Below, piece after piece: positions 29,671 through 39,926 of a stretch of 64,000 bases of DNA. This DNA is from Cyanidioschyzon merolae. Taxonomy: Eukaryota. The stretch's first letter is position 1, and the number at the start of each line of letters is the position of its first letter. The notes below the pieces were generated by a model. It was not told where the DNA came from and made no database searches. It worked only from the letters and a program-made list of their open reading frames with translations. The DNA lies in assembly GCA_000091205.1 (NCBI GenBank), contig AP006496.2; one strand, 5' to 3'. The position numbers and the translations under genes are program-made.

Positions 29671-32391
29671 TTGTGTGGCTTTGTTGACGGGCGCATGGTT
29701 GCTTTCTTGCAAAGTGGCGCGTTTCCGCTCAACGGCAAGCTATGGAGTTGGACGGCGTCTCCTAAAGGGAGGCCTCTTCGCTGCGAGCGGACCCGGAAGC
29801 TGTCGTGGCGTAGAGGCCGTGGCTCCTGGTCGGTGCGGGCGTCGCACTCGGGCGAGACGGACCCACGACTGGTGCAACTTGGTGGAACAGACCGCACAGG
29901 AACCTCAGGCGACCACGAAAGGTTGCTGTGGGAGGCGTTAGAGCGCGACGTGAGCGAAGCTGAAACCGTAGGTAAGCTTCCACAGCCTTTGAGGACAGAG
30001 CTTTTGTCGAAAATAAGGGAATTTGTAGAAGAGGTAGCGCAGCGTCAGTCAGTGCACGATCTGAAAAGTGCGGATTTCGCACTTAAGGATGAGGCCCTAG
30101 CGCCCGACAGTCAGTGGCAGCTCGTTGAACCTAACGAACCGTCGGACGCGGTTCGCTCCACCCAGCCCAGGCGTGCATCGAGTTTTGGGCCGGCTGCTGA
30201 CTGCCTCACACAAAGCCCGCGAGATCGGCTCGCTTCTCAGCCCGGAGGCGCGGACTTTAATCAAAACGGCCAAGAACGCCTTGCAGGCATCAATACCTCA
30301 GGCGTGGACAGCCCTGAGAAAAGGTCAGTGTGTCCGCCCACTGCCGTACACAGAAGGAGCACTGTTTCCGTTCACGCGGAAGAGTGGACTTGGTCAGATG
30401 ATAGCGCGTACGACCCGGTTGATGGAGCGAATGAATACAGACCCGAACAACAACTCAACTCTGATACGCCAAACCCGATACGAGGGAGTGCAAAAGACCC
30501 CTCTGAAAGAGATATCAAAGCCCAGGAGTCCGCGCACCACGCTACCGAGGATCGAGAAATCCTCTCAGAATTGTCGGAAGTCGAGCATGCCAACGACGAT
30601 CGTACCCTGGACACACGCGATGCGTATGGGCGGATGCAGCAGCGCTTGCGCCCAGCGTCACGCACGCAAATGCGCATGGATGTGCCTGGCAACGACACGC
30701 AGCGCGCGCGCGAAGATGCACGAATCGGCCCCGAGCAGCCTGTGTCGCAAGCATCGATGCGCCCTGGGAAACGCTATCGACGGCGAACTGGGAACGGGAC
30801 ACGTGTCGGGATAGCGACCCCCGAGCCGGAGCAGCCTCCGGCATCGCGCGCCCTGCCAGAGCGGCTCGCGAAAGATGCCCATGACTCCGCAACGGATGAG
30901 GAAGTCTTCAGGCTGGCCCGAATGTATTATGCTCAGTTTCGAGGGATGCTAAGTCTCGCACTTCGAGAGGTATCGGAGTGCAACGCTGAACGGTGGAATC
31001 GACGCGAGAGGCTCACGAGTCGTCTCCGCTCGACCCTGGAGGGTGCCATCGCGCTTCTGGGAGAAGCGGGCACCGAAAGACTCGTGACTACCAATGACAT
31101 GAACGATCTGCTGAGCTGCCTCGCGGGGCTGCGTTTCCTCGACGAGCTGGAGGAGGTCCTCGAACTGATGGAGTCGCGAAATATTCCACGTGACAATCGC
31201 ACGTATACCCTCGTGCTAGACGCCCTCTGCAAGGCGAAGCGCATTGATACCGCCATCGATATATTTGAGAACTATGTGGTTCGTGGGGCCGCCCAGGATG
31301 GAGCACCCTGCGGCGGTCGGCATCAACGCGCTAGTCGAGTGCATCCTACCCTTGTGATGTACAATATACTTATTGGGGGCTGCGCACGGACCCTGCGTCT
31401 GGACAAGGCGTTTGAGTTTTTCGAACGCCTACAGAGTCCTCCTGACAACTTTTCGCCGGATACCCATACATACTGCGCTCTTCTGGATGCCTGCGCTAGG
31501 TGCAGTAACACGGAGCTCGCGCTGCACGTCTTTGAAGAAATCGAGCGCAAGGGCGAGCAGATAGACAGTGCGGTGTACGGAGCTCTGCTCGCGGCAGTTG
31601 CCCGCTCTGGAGACCGTCGCCTCGCGTTCGCTGTTCGCGGACTCATGCGACGCCGTGGCCTTGCTCCGACGACTGCGGTGTTTGCCAACTTGATGGAGCT
31701 CTGTGCGGCGGATGGGGACTATTTAAGCGGCTTTGCACTTCTCCGGGAGATGCGGGCCTGGGGTAGGGATCCCACGCATCCCATTTACGTGAATCTCATG
31801 AATGCCTGTGGACGCAGTGGCCAACCAGAGTACGCAATGGCGGTTCTGGACTTGATGAAGTCGAATGGCGTTGCTCCATCGGAGTCAGCGTACTGTGCTC
31901 TTATCGACGCCTGGGCGCGCATCAAGCGCCTTGATCGAGCGTTCGGAGTCTGGAGAGATATGCGAGCCGGCGGCTTTGAGCCGCGGCTGCGTACGGCGAG
32001 TGCGCTGCTTTCTGCGTGCAGGCGCTGTAAGAATCTCCAAGTGGCACACTGGCTCTACCAAGCGCTCAGGGCGGAGCTTGCTCGGGAACGACGCACTGCG
32101 GAAACTTCCGAAGACGGTACGAATTCCTTAGCGTCGCAGCAAGTGCAGATATTCCGCACGATGATGGAACTCGCCTGCGACGTGGGCGACTACCGTCATG
32201 CGGTGCTGATCTATCTCACGGATGCCGCTCAATCTGGGCTCCTAGAGAGCAAACATGCACGCTTGGCATTGAGGTCGAGTCTTCGTCGACTCCGGCAGGC
32301 GGTGTTTCGATGCTCGGCAAGCGGAGACGATATGGAGACGCTGCGGAACGCGTTTCGTAACCTGGTCGATGCACGGGCGGCGCAGATATAG
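29671..32391 (+). CDS. pentatricopeptide repeat (PPR) protein
   Basis: 906-aa ORF. The C-terminal half has tandem 35-aa PPR-like units: 'TYTLVLDALCKAKRIDTAIDIF', 'MYNILIGGCARTLRLDKAFEFFERL', 'THTYCALLDACARCSNTELALHVFEEI', 'AVYGALLAAVARSGDRRLAFAV', 'IYVNLMNACGRSGQPEYAMAVLDLMKSNGVAPSESAYCALIDAWARIKRLDRAFGVWRDM'. The N-terminal half is acidic and low-complexity. Confidence 0.75.
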   Translation: MCGFVDGRMVAFLQSGAFPLNGKLWSWTASPKGRPLRCERTRKLSWRRGRGSWSVRASHSGETDPRLVQLGGTDRTGTSGDHERLLWEALERDVSEAETVGKLPQPLRTELLSKIREFVEEVAQRQSVHDLKSADFALKDEALAPDSQWQLVEPNEPSDAVRSTQPRRASSFGPAADCLTQSPRDRLASQPGGADFNQNGQERLAGINTSGVDSPEKRSVCPPTAVHRRSTVSVHAEEWTWSDDSAYDPVDGANEYRPEQQLNSDTPNPIRGSAKDPSERDIKAQESAHHATEDREILSELSEVEHANDDRTLDTRDAYGRMQQRLRPASRTQMRMDVPGNDTQRAREDARIGPEQPVSQASMRPGKRYRRRTGNGTRVGIATPEPEQPPASRALPERLAKDAHDSATDEEVFRLARMYYAQFRGMLSLALREVSECNAERWNRRERLTSRLRSTLEGAIALLGEAGTERLVTTNDMNDLLSCLAGLRFLDELEEVLELMESRNIPRDNRTYTLVLDALCKAKRIDTAIDIFENYVVRGAAQDGAPCGGRHQRASRVHPTLVMYNILIGGCARTLRLDKAFEFFERLQSPPDNFSPDTHTYCALLDACARCSNTELALHVFEEIERKGEQIDSAVYGALLAAVARSGDRRLAFAVRGLMRRRGLAPTTAVFANLMELCAADGDYLSGFALLREMRAWGRDPTHPIYVNLMNACGRSGQPEYAMAVLDLMKSNGVAPSESAYCALIDAWARIKRLDRAFGVWRDMRAGGFEPRLRTASALLSACRRCKNLQVAHWLYQALRAELARERRTAETSEDGTNSLASQQVQIFRTMMELACDVGDYRHAVLIYLTDAAQSGLLESKHARLALRSSLRRLRQAVFRCSASGDDMETLRNAFRNLVDARAAQI

Positions 32392-33619
32392 GGCGCAATG
32401 GCCGCGGACTCTCGCCGCATGAACACCACCCAATGGTGTTTCAAGTGGGTCCTAAATACATCTAATGCTGTATTGCGAAAGCTTTTTATGTTCGATGTAG
32501 TTATACCGACGAAGTGCATGCTGTGCGTATGCGTAGAGAGGCAGCTTTCGGGTATGCTTAAAGAGCAGCGACCTCGGGCCTCGTAGCGATGACGCGACAT
32601 CGATTCCGTAGAAAGAGTGGTGAAATTGAGTGGTCGCCTGGCAGCGAAGCACGAGGGATACGTGCCGATGCCAACATTGCTGCCTTGAGCGCTGGATACG
32701 GAAATTGCGGAGCAGGGACGGAAGCCGGCGAGGGTGTCGTATGGGATGGAGGCTTTCAGGGAGGTCTCCGAACACGCCGCGCCCAAGAGACTCGTGCACC
32801 TATGGCGGATACTGCTCCAGATGCCGGGTCCGGTCGAATGCCCACACGTGGTACGTCCTCTGAGCATATGGATTGGTTGTGTGGTTCTGGTTGCGCCTTG
32901 GCTTGCCTTGCGCCGAGCGTGCTGCGCTGAGGTTAGCGAGCGCCCGCCAATCAGGACCTGACCTCGCGCGCATCCAGCAGTGGTTCAAACATGCTGCGCC
33001 CGTTGAAATGTCCTCAGAGTTGCTTGCATGTGGGCCCCAAGTGTTCTTTCCAACTTAATTCCGAATGATGTGTGGGCTTTTGCGCACGCCCGGCCGCTAT
33101 GCCTGCGAGATGCACACGCGCTACCACACTCATCTCAGGTTAAAATAGAAAAAGAACGAAGCGCACTCTGCCTGGATTTTTTATTTTCGAATTTTTTCTT
33201 AGACCTAGGTTATTGACGTTCGAAGATCATCAGTAAGAGTTTATACACTTGTACGAGGTTGCTGGGTTCTCTTTCGTTTTTTTCGGAGATGCTCCTTCGA
33301 CGCGTTGCGGCTGGAATTTATTCCTTCACCGCCACCAAGATGACTCGCGATGTATTCGAACGCGGGTTCCTAAAATGACGGATATCATTATCCCATTCAT
33401 ACGTAAAAGACTCAAATCTTCGCATTTTCTCAAATGTAGCATGCACAAACCACGCATTTCTCAACCTGCCAGCCTTTCTGTTTGACGGTAATTCGAGGGC
33501 GCAGCGACTGACGCCGCTGAACTGAGGAGCAACGAATCTCGATGTCGCCTATTGAAAACTTGTTCACAAGCTGATGACGAAAAGTGACTGAAAATGCCAC
33601 GACAAGTGATTGATTCCGT

Positions 33620-34120
33620 TTGAAAAATGAATCCTCCTATGTTTATGGTCATCGACGAAATGGAATTCATCACCTACATCATAAGTCTTACTGGATATGC
33701 TCCCAGAGGCTTACATCTCTTCTGTTTGGATGGAGAAGGGTGCTGGACTCGGACCTGTCATCGCAGCGATCGCCTCCGGTGTAGGCTGCGCCACTCTGTT
33801 TCGCGGAGGCGTGCATGGCTCGAGCTTTCTCGACTTGTTTCCCTGCCTGGGTTTTCCTTCTGGTGCTCGTATTATCGTGGACAATATCGTGTTATACAAT
33901 TCCTGTATCCAACGGAACAGCATACGCTATCGTGAGTAGCAGACAGAGTACTGGTCGAGGGTATCGCCTTACAGAATTTTTTATCGTTTAGGGTGCGGCA
34001 CCTGGCGCGGAAACGAAGGAGGACACCGACGACATCCCTCAATTCCCGTCACGGGAATGTATCGAGCACCGCAGCACGCTTTCACCTACCGCAAAGCGGT
34101 GCTCAGAGTAGGGGATATTG
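33620..34120 (+). repeat. dispersed repeat family 3, copy 2
   Basis: Aligns with 60130-60640: 'atcgacgaaatggaattcat...ctcccagaggcttacatctcttctgtttggatggagaagggtgctggactcgga' versus 'gtcgacgaaatcgcactcga...ctccgagaggtttccttctattctgtttgtatgccagagcgtgctggactcgga'. Confidence 0.6.
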
Positions 34121-34798
34121 CAGCGGACTTATGGGAACACCTGATCACGCTCACGTATTGAGAGTGCAAATAGTGTATCCAGGCTCAATACGAAGAAGAT
34201 GAAAATGGGAAGCGAAGCATGGATTGCAGCTTCCGTCTCTGAATCAAATGCCTGAACAACATCCGGAAGTACCAAAACCACGACTTGAACATTGTCTCCT
34301 TTATCTTTTGCCAGCAAACAATGAATCTGGATAGACAGAAGAGACCTGCGTAAAATAACCCTGAGATAAGAGACAAGCAAATGAAGCAGTCGCATAACCA
34401 AGTCCACAAACGCTGGTATTGATAATCGTGGAAAGAGACCCAAACTTTAGTATGCACGCCCGTATTCGCGCAATGGGCGTTTTTCATGGTTCTCAACTGG
34501 ATGTCCGCGTTGCTCTGTGTCGCTTGCTGCAATGCTTCAAAGAGAGCGCTAAACTACTCGTTTCTATAAATTACAAATTCGGCCGCATCGCAGTACCTTA
34601 TCGTTCCGAAAGGCGGTAATCGCAAGCACGACTTTTAGGTACATCACGGACATGCGCCGCGTACCGCCGTTTCTGCTCGCGAAACGCGCAGAGGGCCTCG
34701 GCCGGTGCGGCGTCATCAGCATCCCTGCCCGCGCTGCGCATGCGCTATCGTTGCTCCATATCGAGTTCGAGAACGGGAATACACGTCCTGCGAACAGG

Positions 34799-35050
34799 AT
34801 GCCTCAGTACTGGCGCGTTGCTGGACTTTCGTATTTACAATATGCAAATGTTTGTGCGGAGTATGTGCGTCGTGTTCTGAAAGAACCTGAGCGTACGAAG
34901 GCGCTTTCCCGAGCGGGCTACTCGATGATAAAGGCGACCTGGAAGGACGGTAAAGTGGCCTCGCGCGTAACACTGGAGTCGGCACTGCTCGATGATCCAG
35001 TAAAGTCCATATCAGCCGCTGCTGCCGCTTCTGAAAAGAACAACTCCTGA
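34799..35050 (+). CDS. ATP5E: mitochondrial ATP synthase subunit epsilon (small ORF)
   Basis: 'MPQYWRVAGLSYLQYANVCAEYVRRVLKEPERTKA' matches the ATP5E/Atp15 N-terminus ('[25 protein letters not shown]'). The track ORF starts at 34652, but homology begins at this internal M. Confidence 0.55.
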   Translation: MPQYWRVAGLSYLQYANVCAEYVRRVLKEPERTKALSRAGYSMIKATWKDGKVASRVTLESALLDDPVKSISAAAAASEKNNS

Positions 35051-35306
35051 GCCGCTTGACGCTGCCACTGGCACGGTGATGCAGCGCTCAACGCATGGCA
35101 GCGGAAGCCGCGCACGGGAGCTCGTGCCTTGGATCAGCCCGTATATGTGCAGCGTAAGCGCGGACTCCGCCCCTTGTATGGAGTATGTTCCTACGCATGA
35201 CTGAACGGTGCGCGAGGCACGGCTTCACCGCCAATATCCGAAGGGTCGCACTGCTTTTCCCAGCTTCAGGATGATGGCGTTGCGGGTCGCTGTTACCGAA
35301 ACGTAT

Positions 35307-36335
35307 CTAGCGCCGTGAAGCGAGCTCCCACGCAGCAGCATAGTCGCCCCTAATTGCTGTGCTATACGCGGACGCGGGAGTTCCACATGAAGACTTCGGC
35401 TCGATGAGCGATGCAAAGTCCATCAGTTGGAAATTGAAGCGAATTGGATGGGTTTTGTTGCTATGCTCTACATAACGAAGCCGTCCGCAGTAGAGATAGT
35501 GCGAGTCGTACGGCTTGGGCATACGACAAAAGAGCAGTATATTGGTTTCTGATGCACCACGGCGTTCGCTATCAACAATCAGTCTGCGCAATGTCGGGTG
35601 TTCAGGGTCTTGGGTGCGCTGCGCGTACCAGACGATGTACTCACCAGATCCATAAAACACATTCACGTAGCCGCGGCCCAGCGAAGCATTCGGAATCGAC
35701 GGTTTGTCATTTTGCAGCGCACGGTCACCAGCGGGCAGGTTTACAAACAACATCACTGCATTCCACCATTCACAGATACCTGACATGCGGTTGAAAACTG
35801 GCCGCACGGCAGCTGCGCATGCAGCTTCGATGACGGAGCGTTTTACTTGGCCTCCCAGACGCGGTGGTACCGGAACGAATCCTCCCAGGTATGTAGAAAG
35901 CTTGTCGACGTCGCAGTTCAAGTATTTTGTGGAGTTGCTTGCCGACAGGCTTACAGAAGCCGTCTCTCGTGGATCCGACACGGACGTGCGCAAACGCTTG
36001 CAACGGACGCCATGTAGGCGGGCAACGATACGGGAGTTCAATGGCTGCTCCTGGTTGGTGCACGCCACCAGTTCGCGTTCCCGTAGCCGTGTGGACCGAC
36101 GCAGAGTGAAACTCGTGTTCCGGGTCTCTGTGGACTCTGCGTTTGCCTCTGGATTGTCCTCGAGTACGTGCGAGGGCGACGCTTCGCACGCTGCCTTGCA
36201 CGGCCTTTTGGCCAAAGTCACGCTCCGAACGCGCTGCAAGCCCAGATCGTGAATACCAAACTGGTGTAAGAGTTCTTTGTTCCTCTCTATGCGTTGCTGC
36301 CGCTGGAGCTCATAGGCGCTCGCCCCAGATATCAT
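35307..36335 (-). CDS. hypothetical protein with conserved-looking C-terminal domain of unknown family
   Basis: 342-aa ORF. C-terminal 'YVNVFYGSGEYIVWYAQRTQDPEHPTLRRLIVDSERRGASETNILLFCRMPKPYDSHYLYCGRLRYVEHSNKTHPIRFNFQLMD' reads like a folded domain (SRA/PUA-like beta-rich), but I cannot assign it. Confidence 0.4.
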   Translation of the reverse strand: MISGASAYELQRQQRIERNKELLHQFGIHDLGLQRVRSVTLAKRPCKAACEASPSHVLEDNPEANAESTETRNTSFTLRRSTRLRERELVACTNQEQPLNSRIVARLHGVRCKRLRTSVSDPRETASVSLSASNSTKYLNCDVDKLSTYLGGFVPVPPRLGGQVKRSVIEAACAAAVRPVFNRMSGICEWWNAVMLFVNLPAGDRALQNDKPSIPNASLGRGYVNVFYGSGEYIVWYAQRTQDPEHPTLRRLIVDSERRGASETNILLFCRMPKPYDSHYLYCGRLRYVEHSNKTHPIRFNFQLMDFASLIEPKSSCGTPASAYSTAIRGDYAAAWELASRR

Positions 36336-36546
36336 GCTACCTGGCAGATTCTAGCGCATGTTCACCGCAGTCGCCTGCAGTCCGACGAGCCAATGCCGCC
36401 TGCGATGCTATCAGCGCTCGTTGCCGACAATCGCTATGGTGTAGACTTACGCTGGTCCCGGTATGGAGCGGCGTTCGTTCGTTTCCTAAAGGAACGCGAA
36501 AGCGGAACGCCTCTCAGACTTATTGAAACAACTCTAGGCGGCTAAA

Positions 36547-37290
36547 GTGGCTCGAGATCCATTTTTATTCGGTTTTAGGGTTTCGTTCTTGAGCAAAGTG
36601 GCGCCGTGGCTCCGTCGCTGCGTTCTTAGCCGGTTAACCGATCGCGCGTCCGCGTCAGACGCGGGTATGGCATACCAGTACTTCGGCGGCGATGACACTG
36701 CTCTAACTGCGGCAGCTGCAACGTATATGGAGCTGCTACGCGAAAGGCGGGACGCAGAGCTGGCATTGAAGCGTGCACGGCAGGAGGAGGTGGAAGCAAA
36801 ACGCCAGTGGCACGAAAGAGCACGCAAGGCTGCCGACTTCAAGTCCAAGTTTCGGGATCTTAGCGACCCCTGCACGCACCATGAGGGGCGGATAGCCTTC
36901 CGTTGCATCGGACTGCTCCAGCGCGTCGGGGAGCGCGACAGTTCTGCGCTCTACAAGTTGCACGTTTCTAGAGCTTATGCACGAGGTTTACGTGGCATCG
37001 ACGGCTTCGACGCTGTGTGGGTGCTTGAGGCCCATGAGCTCTGGGGTAGTGCCGGCGAAGCGCCGACAACGCCTTTCGTCACCCACAGCCTGCATCTCCG
37101 GCTATACAACTTGCTAAGGGTTGAGCGGCTGCCTGCTGACGAATGCATTCTTCATTTGCGCACGTTGGAAACACTAGGACAAGGCGCGAGCACAGAGCCA
37201 GCGCTGCAGGTCGTGGACGTGAAGCCATACATTCCAAATTATGACGCGCTTCACAGCTTGGAAGGGCATAAAGACACCGAAGGGCATTGA
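36547..37290 (+). CDS. TsaA/YaeB-like (tRNA methyltransferase O, UPF0066) domain protein, divergent
   Basis: 'ARGLRGIDGFDAVWVLEAHEL' ~ TsaA 'RGLEAFSHLWILFVFH'. C-terminal 'LRTLETLGQGASTEPALQVVDVKPYIPNYD' ~ TsaA 'LDLVDGTPVVDIKPYLPF'. The central beta-barrel region is poorly matched. Confidence 0.45.
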   Translation: MARDPFLFGFRVSFLSKVAPWLRRCVLSRLTDRASASDAGMAYQYFGGDDTALTAAAATYMELLRERRDAELALKRARQEEVEAKRQWHERARKAADFKSKFRDLSDPCTHHEGRIAFRCIGLLQRVGERDSSALYKLHVSRAYARGLRGIDGFDAVWVLEAHELWGSAGEAPTTPFVTHSLHLRLYNLLRVERLPADECILHLRTLETLGQGASTEPALQVVDVKPYIPNYDALHSLEGHKDTEGH

Positions 37291-37362
37291 GTCTATTGGC
37301 CGCCGGCTTGACTGGGCAGCATCGATAGCTGACGTCAGTGGGCGCCTTCATGTGACTTCACT

Positions 37363-37403
37363 GACCCGACCCGACCCGACCCGACCCGACCCGACCCGAC
37401 CCT
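37363..37403. repeat. (CCGAC)n microsatellite, ~7 units
   Basis: gacccgacccgacccgacccgacccgacccgaccc, about 70 bp after the stop of the TsaA-like ORF. Confidence 0.85.
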
Positions 37404-37526
37404 CAAGTGGATGTGGTTTCATTAGCGCTTAAGGCGGCCTCCACGAGCATCACTTCCAGTGGAACCGCTTTGTCCGCTGGTGACAGGTTCGGAGGCCAGG
37501 CTGCACAGCCCGCTCGAAGGCGGTTG

Positions 37527-37988
37527 TCACTCGGGTTCCACGACCCTGCGACGAGTGCGCTGGAAAGCTTTCCAGTCGTACCGATGAATAGTGCCGCGCC
37601 AACCCTCTTTGCAAAGTGGCGCGCAGGCTTCTGCTTCAGTATGCTCTCGACTGTTCAGGTGTGTTCTCTCTTGGTCCAGCAACTTGTAAAGCGTCAACGC
37701 AGTCGACCCCCTGAGTTGGTCCTTACGTCGTTGCTCACGCAGAAAGCGCAAGCCATACGCCCCTTTCCAGTCCAGAAACCCGGTCGCAAGCACTCTTGCA
37801 GGTGGAAGGACTGAAAATCCAAAGTCCCGAGCATACAGCGTATGCCATAGGGCAGAATCGTCGAGCACGTTTTGGAGAAAGCGTGCGGTGCGCTGCAAGT
37901 TTGCTGCAGTGCGGCCATCTAGTTTGAGAACAATTGAGCGCCAAATGTCCTCCGGCAGGTCTCCAAGTTTCGCGCCAGCAAAACTCAT
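37527..37988 (-). CDS. F-box domain protein
   Basis: N-terminal 'LGDLPEDIWRSIVLKLDGRTAANLQRTARFLQNVLDDSALWHTLY' fits the F-box consensus (LP.E.l..I...L....l.....vck.w......lW). Confidence 0.55.
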   Translation of the reverse strand: MSFAGAKLGDLPEDIWRSIVLKLDGRTAANLQRTARFLQNVLDDSALWHTLYARDFGFSVLPPARVLATGFLDWKGAYGLRFLREQRRKDQLRGSTALTLYKLLDQERTHLNSREHTEAEACAPLCKEGWRGTIHRYDWKAFQRTRRRVVEPE

Positions 37989-39419
37989 GCGCCCACTAGT
38001 CCAGACAGTTTCCAGTTTAGGAGCACCTCAGTGCCGTTGAACGCTGCGGCGTTCAGGCCTGCTGGTATGAGCGGGTACAGAACCAACGATCGTTTTCAGA
38101 GACGTTCTGGCTCGTTGGCTGATCGAATGATTCTTCCAATTTTCCGTTCGTTCAGTGAAGCAGCGCTTTTGATAGTTCATAGCAGCCAATCCTGATCAAC
38201 GTTGAAAGACTTGATGCGCTTTCTTTGTAAGTGCCTCGGAGATGATGTTACATAAAGTAAGAGGACGTTCGTAGCGGTGGATTATATACTGGGTGCAATG
38301 GGTTCTGGAACACCTGCCCAAGCACGCCCTTTTGAATCGTTTTCTGCTAGATATTCAACACAAAGAATGTTTTTGTGGATTGCGGAAAGGAGACGGAAAG
38401 ACTTTGAGATGACGGCTAGCTTGCGAAAATGCCGAAACTTCTACAAGTCTTTCATTCTTCGATTTGCACTCGGATGAGCCGCTCTTCGTGCAGTCCATAT
38501 CGTGAAGCTCGAGCATCCAGAGTAGAACTTATAAAAATGCTTGTGGGCGACGGCCTTCTCGATAACCGATTCAACTTCATACGTGCTCTGAGAAAGACTA
38601 CCAAAAAGGCCACCGTATTCGAAGAGTCCATACCGTTAACAAGCACGGTGATGAAGCGGCAGAGATCGACGAAGGAAGAAAGGGCGCCTCTATGAAAAGC
38701 CATTGCGCGTTGACCGGTACGCGATCCACTTCGGACTACAACGCGGACGCTTTATAGTCTTTGAACTCAATTCTGTTTCACAAGTGTTGCGTTGTATAGC
38801 AGCAGGTCGGAATCACGATGGAATGCACTGTGTAGATCGTAGACGGATCGCTTGTAGTATATATTCTTTAATGAACTTTGCAAGGAGGACTGCATTTTTT
38901 CCTCATTTCAGTACTAACACAGTACTCAGATAGTTGAGAGACACTGAAAGAACCAAGAACATGCGTCCCTCGCCAAAAACCGATATTCTCTAAGAATGAT
39001 TGCCGGTTGTCGTGGTAAACGACCCATTGCACACCTTCCGGGAAGGAAAAGCGACGACAGTAGCCGCCACAGGCATCTCCGTTTGTCAACAGCTCGTTCA
39101 TATTGTCCAGAAAACACTGGGATACAGTCGTAAAGAAGGTCATAGATCATTCACGGACATCTTCCACCGCAATCGCAATTACGGAATCACTGGAACGTCG
39201 CGATCGGAATGAAGTACAGGGACGTCGGCTTTCTCGTTTTAGTTGATGTGACTTGCTTCGAAGGAGACGATCGGAGCCCATCTGGGTATTCGCGGAGCAA
39301 ATAGCGCGTTGTATATCCGATCGAACTCCAAGAGAACCATGACATCATCTGTAACAGCTGCGGTGGATACATTTGGCGACATTAGTTTCGCTCGTCGAGA
39401 TGGCTCATAAAACAGCACC

Positions 39420-39926
39420 CATGACATGGAATCATCAAATACTTTTTCCACGACACCTGGCAATGTCCTTCCATTGGACAACGTGGCATTTCACCATTCC
39501 CCTCGAGTTCGAGTATTTGCCGATTCTATTCGGGTAGAATCCTCTCCTCGCCGACGATCGAGAGAAGAAGAAGAGGTGAGATAAACCAGAAAAAGTGTGT
39601 GCCTGAAGGGACGATGACGAGACTGTAATGGCACAGAGGGCACAATTTCGAGGACTCCTCGCATTGATCAGTTCAACCAGCGCCAATGCACGTAATGAGT
39701 TCATGGACCGAGACACCAACGCCGCCATCAATATCAGACGATGTTTGGTGCTGAAGACGAGACCCAAGGAGCTGACGCGATCCAAAATCCCAGGGGCAGC
39801 CTCCCAGGCTCGAAGTATGCCCGTATAAAAACTGAAACCGATAGTAGTCGTTCAGTCGGGAAAGCCCGGGAAGCGTCTGCGAGTGGGTAGATATGTATCC
39901 TCCATGGTTGTGAAACGTTTTCGTTA
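39420..39926 (+). mobile_element. Fanzor/TnpB-like element, short internal-deletion copy E
   Basis: 5' block remnant ('aatcctctcctcgccgacgatcgagagaagaagaagaggtgagata') joined at 'gggacgatgacgagactgtaatggcacagag' directly to the RuvC-III segment. ORF 39628-39828 reads '...DRDTNAAINIRRCLVLKTRPKELTRSKI', the best-preserved RuvC-III motif (ISDra2 TnpB 'DRDENAALNIRR'). The tail runs to '...gggtagatatgtatcctccatggttgtgaaacgttttcgtt'. Confidence 0.6.
39790..39926 (+). ncRNA. candidate omegaRNA/fRNA scaffold region (3' tail of copy E); speculative
   Basis: Non-coding after the stop at 39829, yet conserved with the other five tails: 'ctcgaagt.tgc', 'ctgaaaccgatagtag', 'gggaagcgtctgcgagtgggtagatatgtatcctccatgg'. 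Confidence 0.25.

Noticed and set aside
32229-32867. 212-aa minus-strand ORF
   Set aside because: Overlaps the 3' end of the PPR gene in antisense plus GC-rich flank, with no domain signal.
37363-37403. (CCGAC)n as telomeric or subtelomeric repeat
   Set aside because: Only ~7 units, internal to a gene-dense block, and not a known telomere motif. It is a simple microsatellite.
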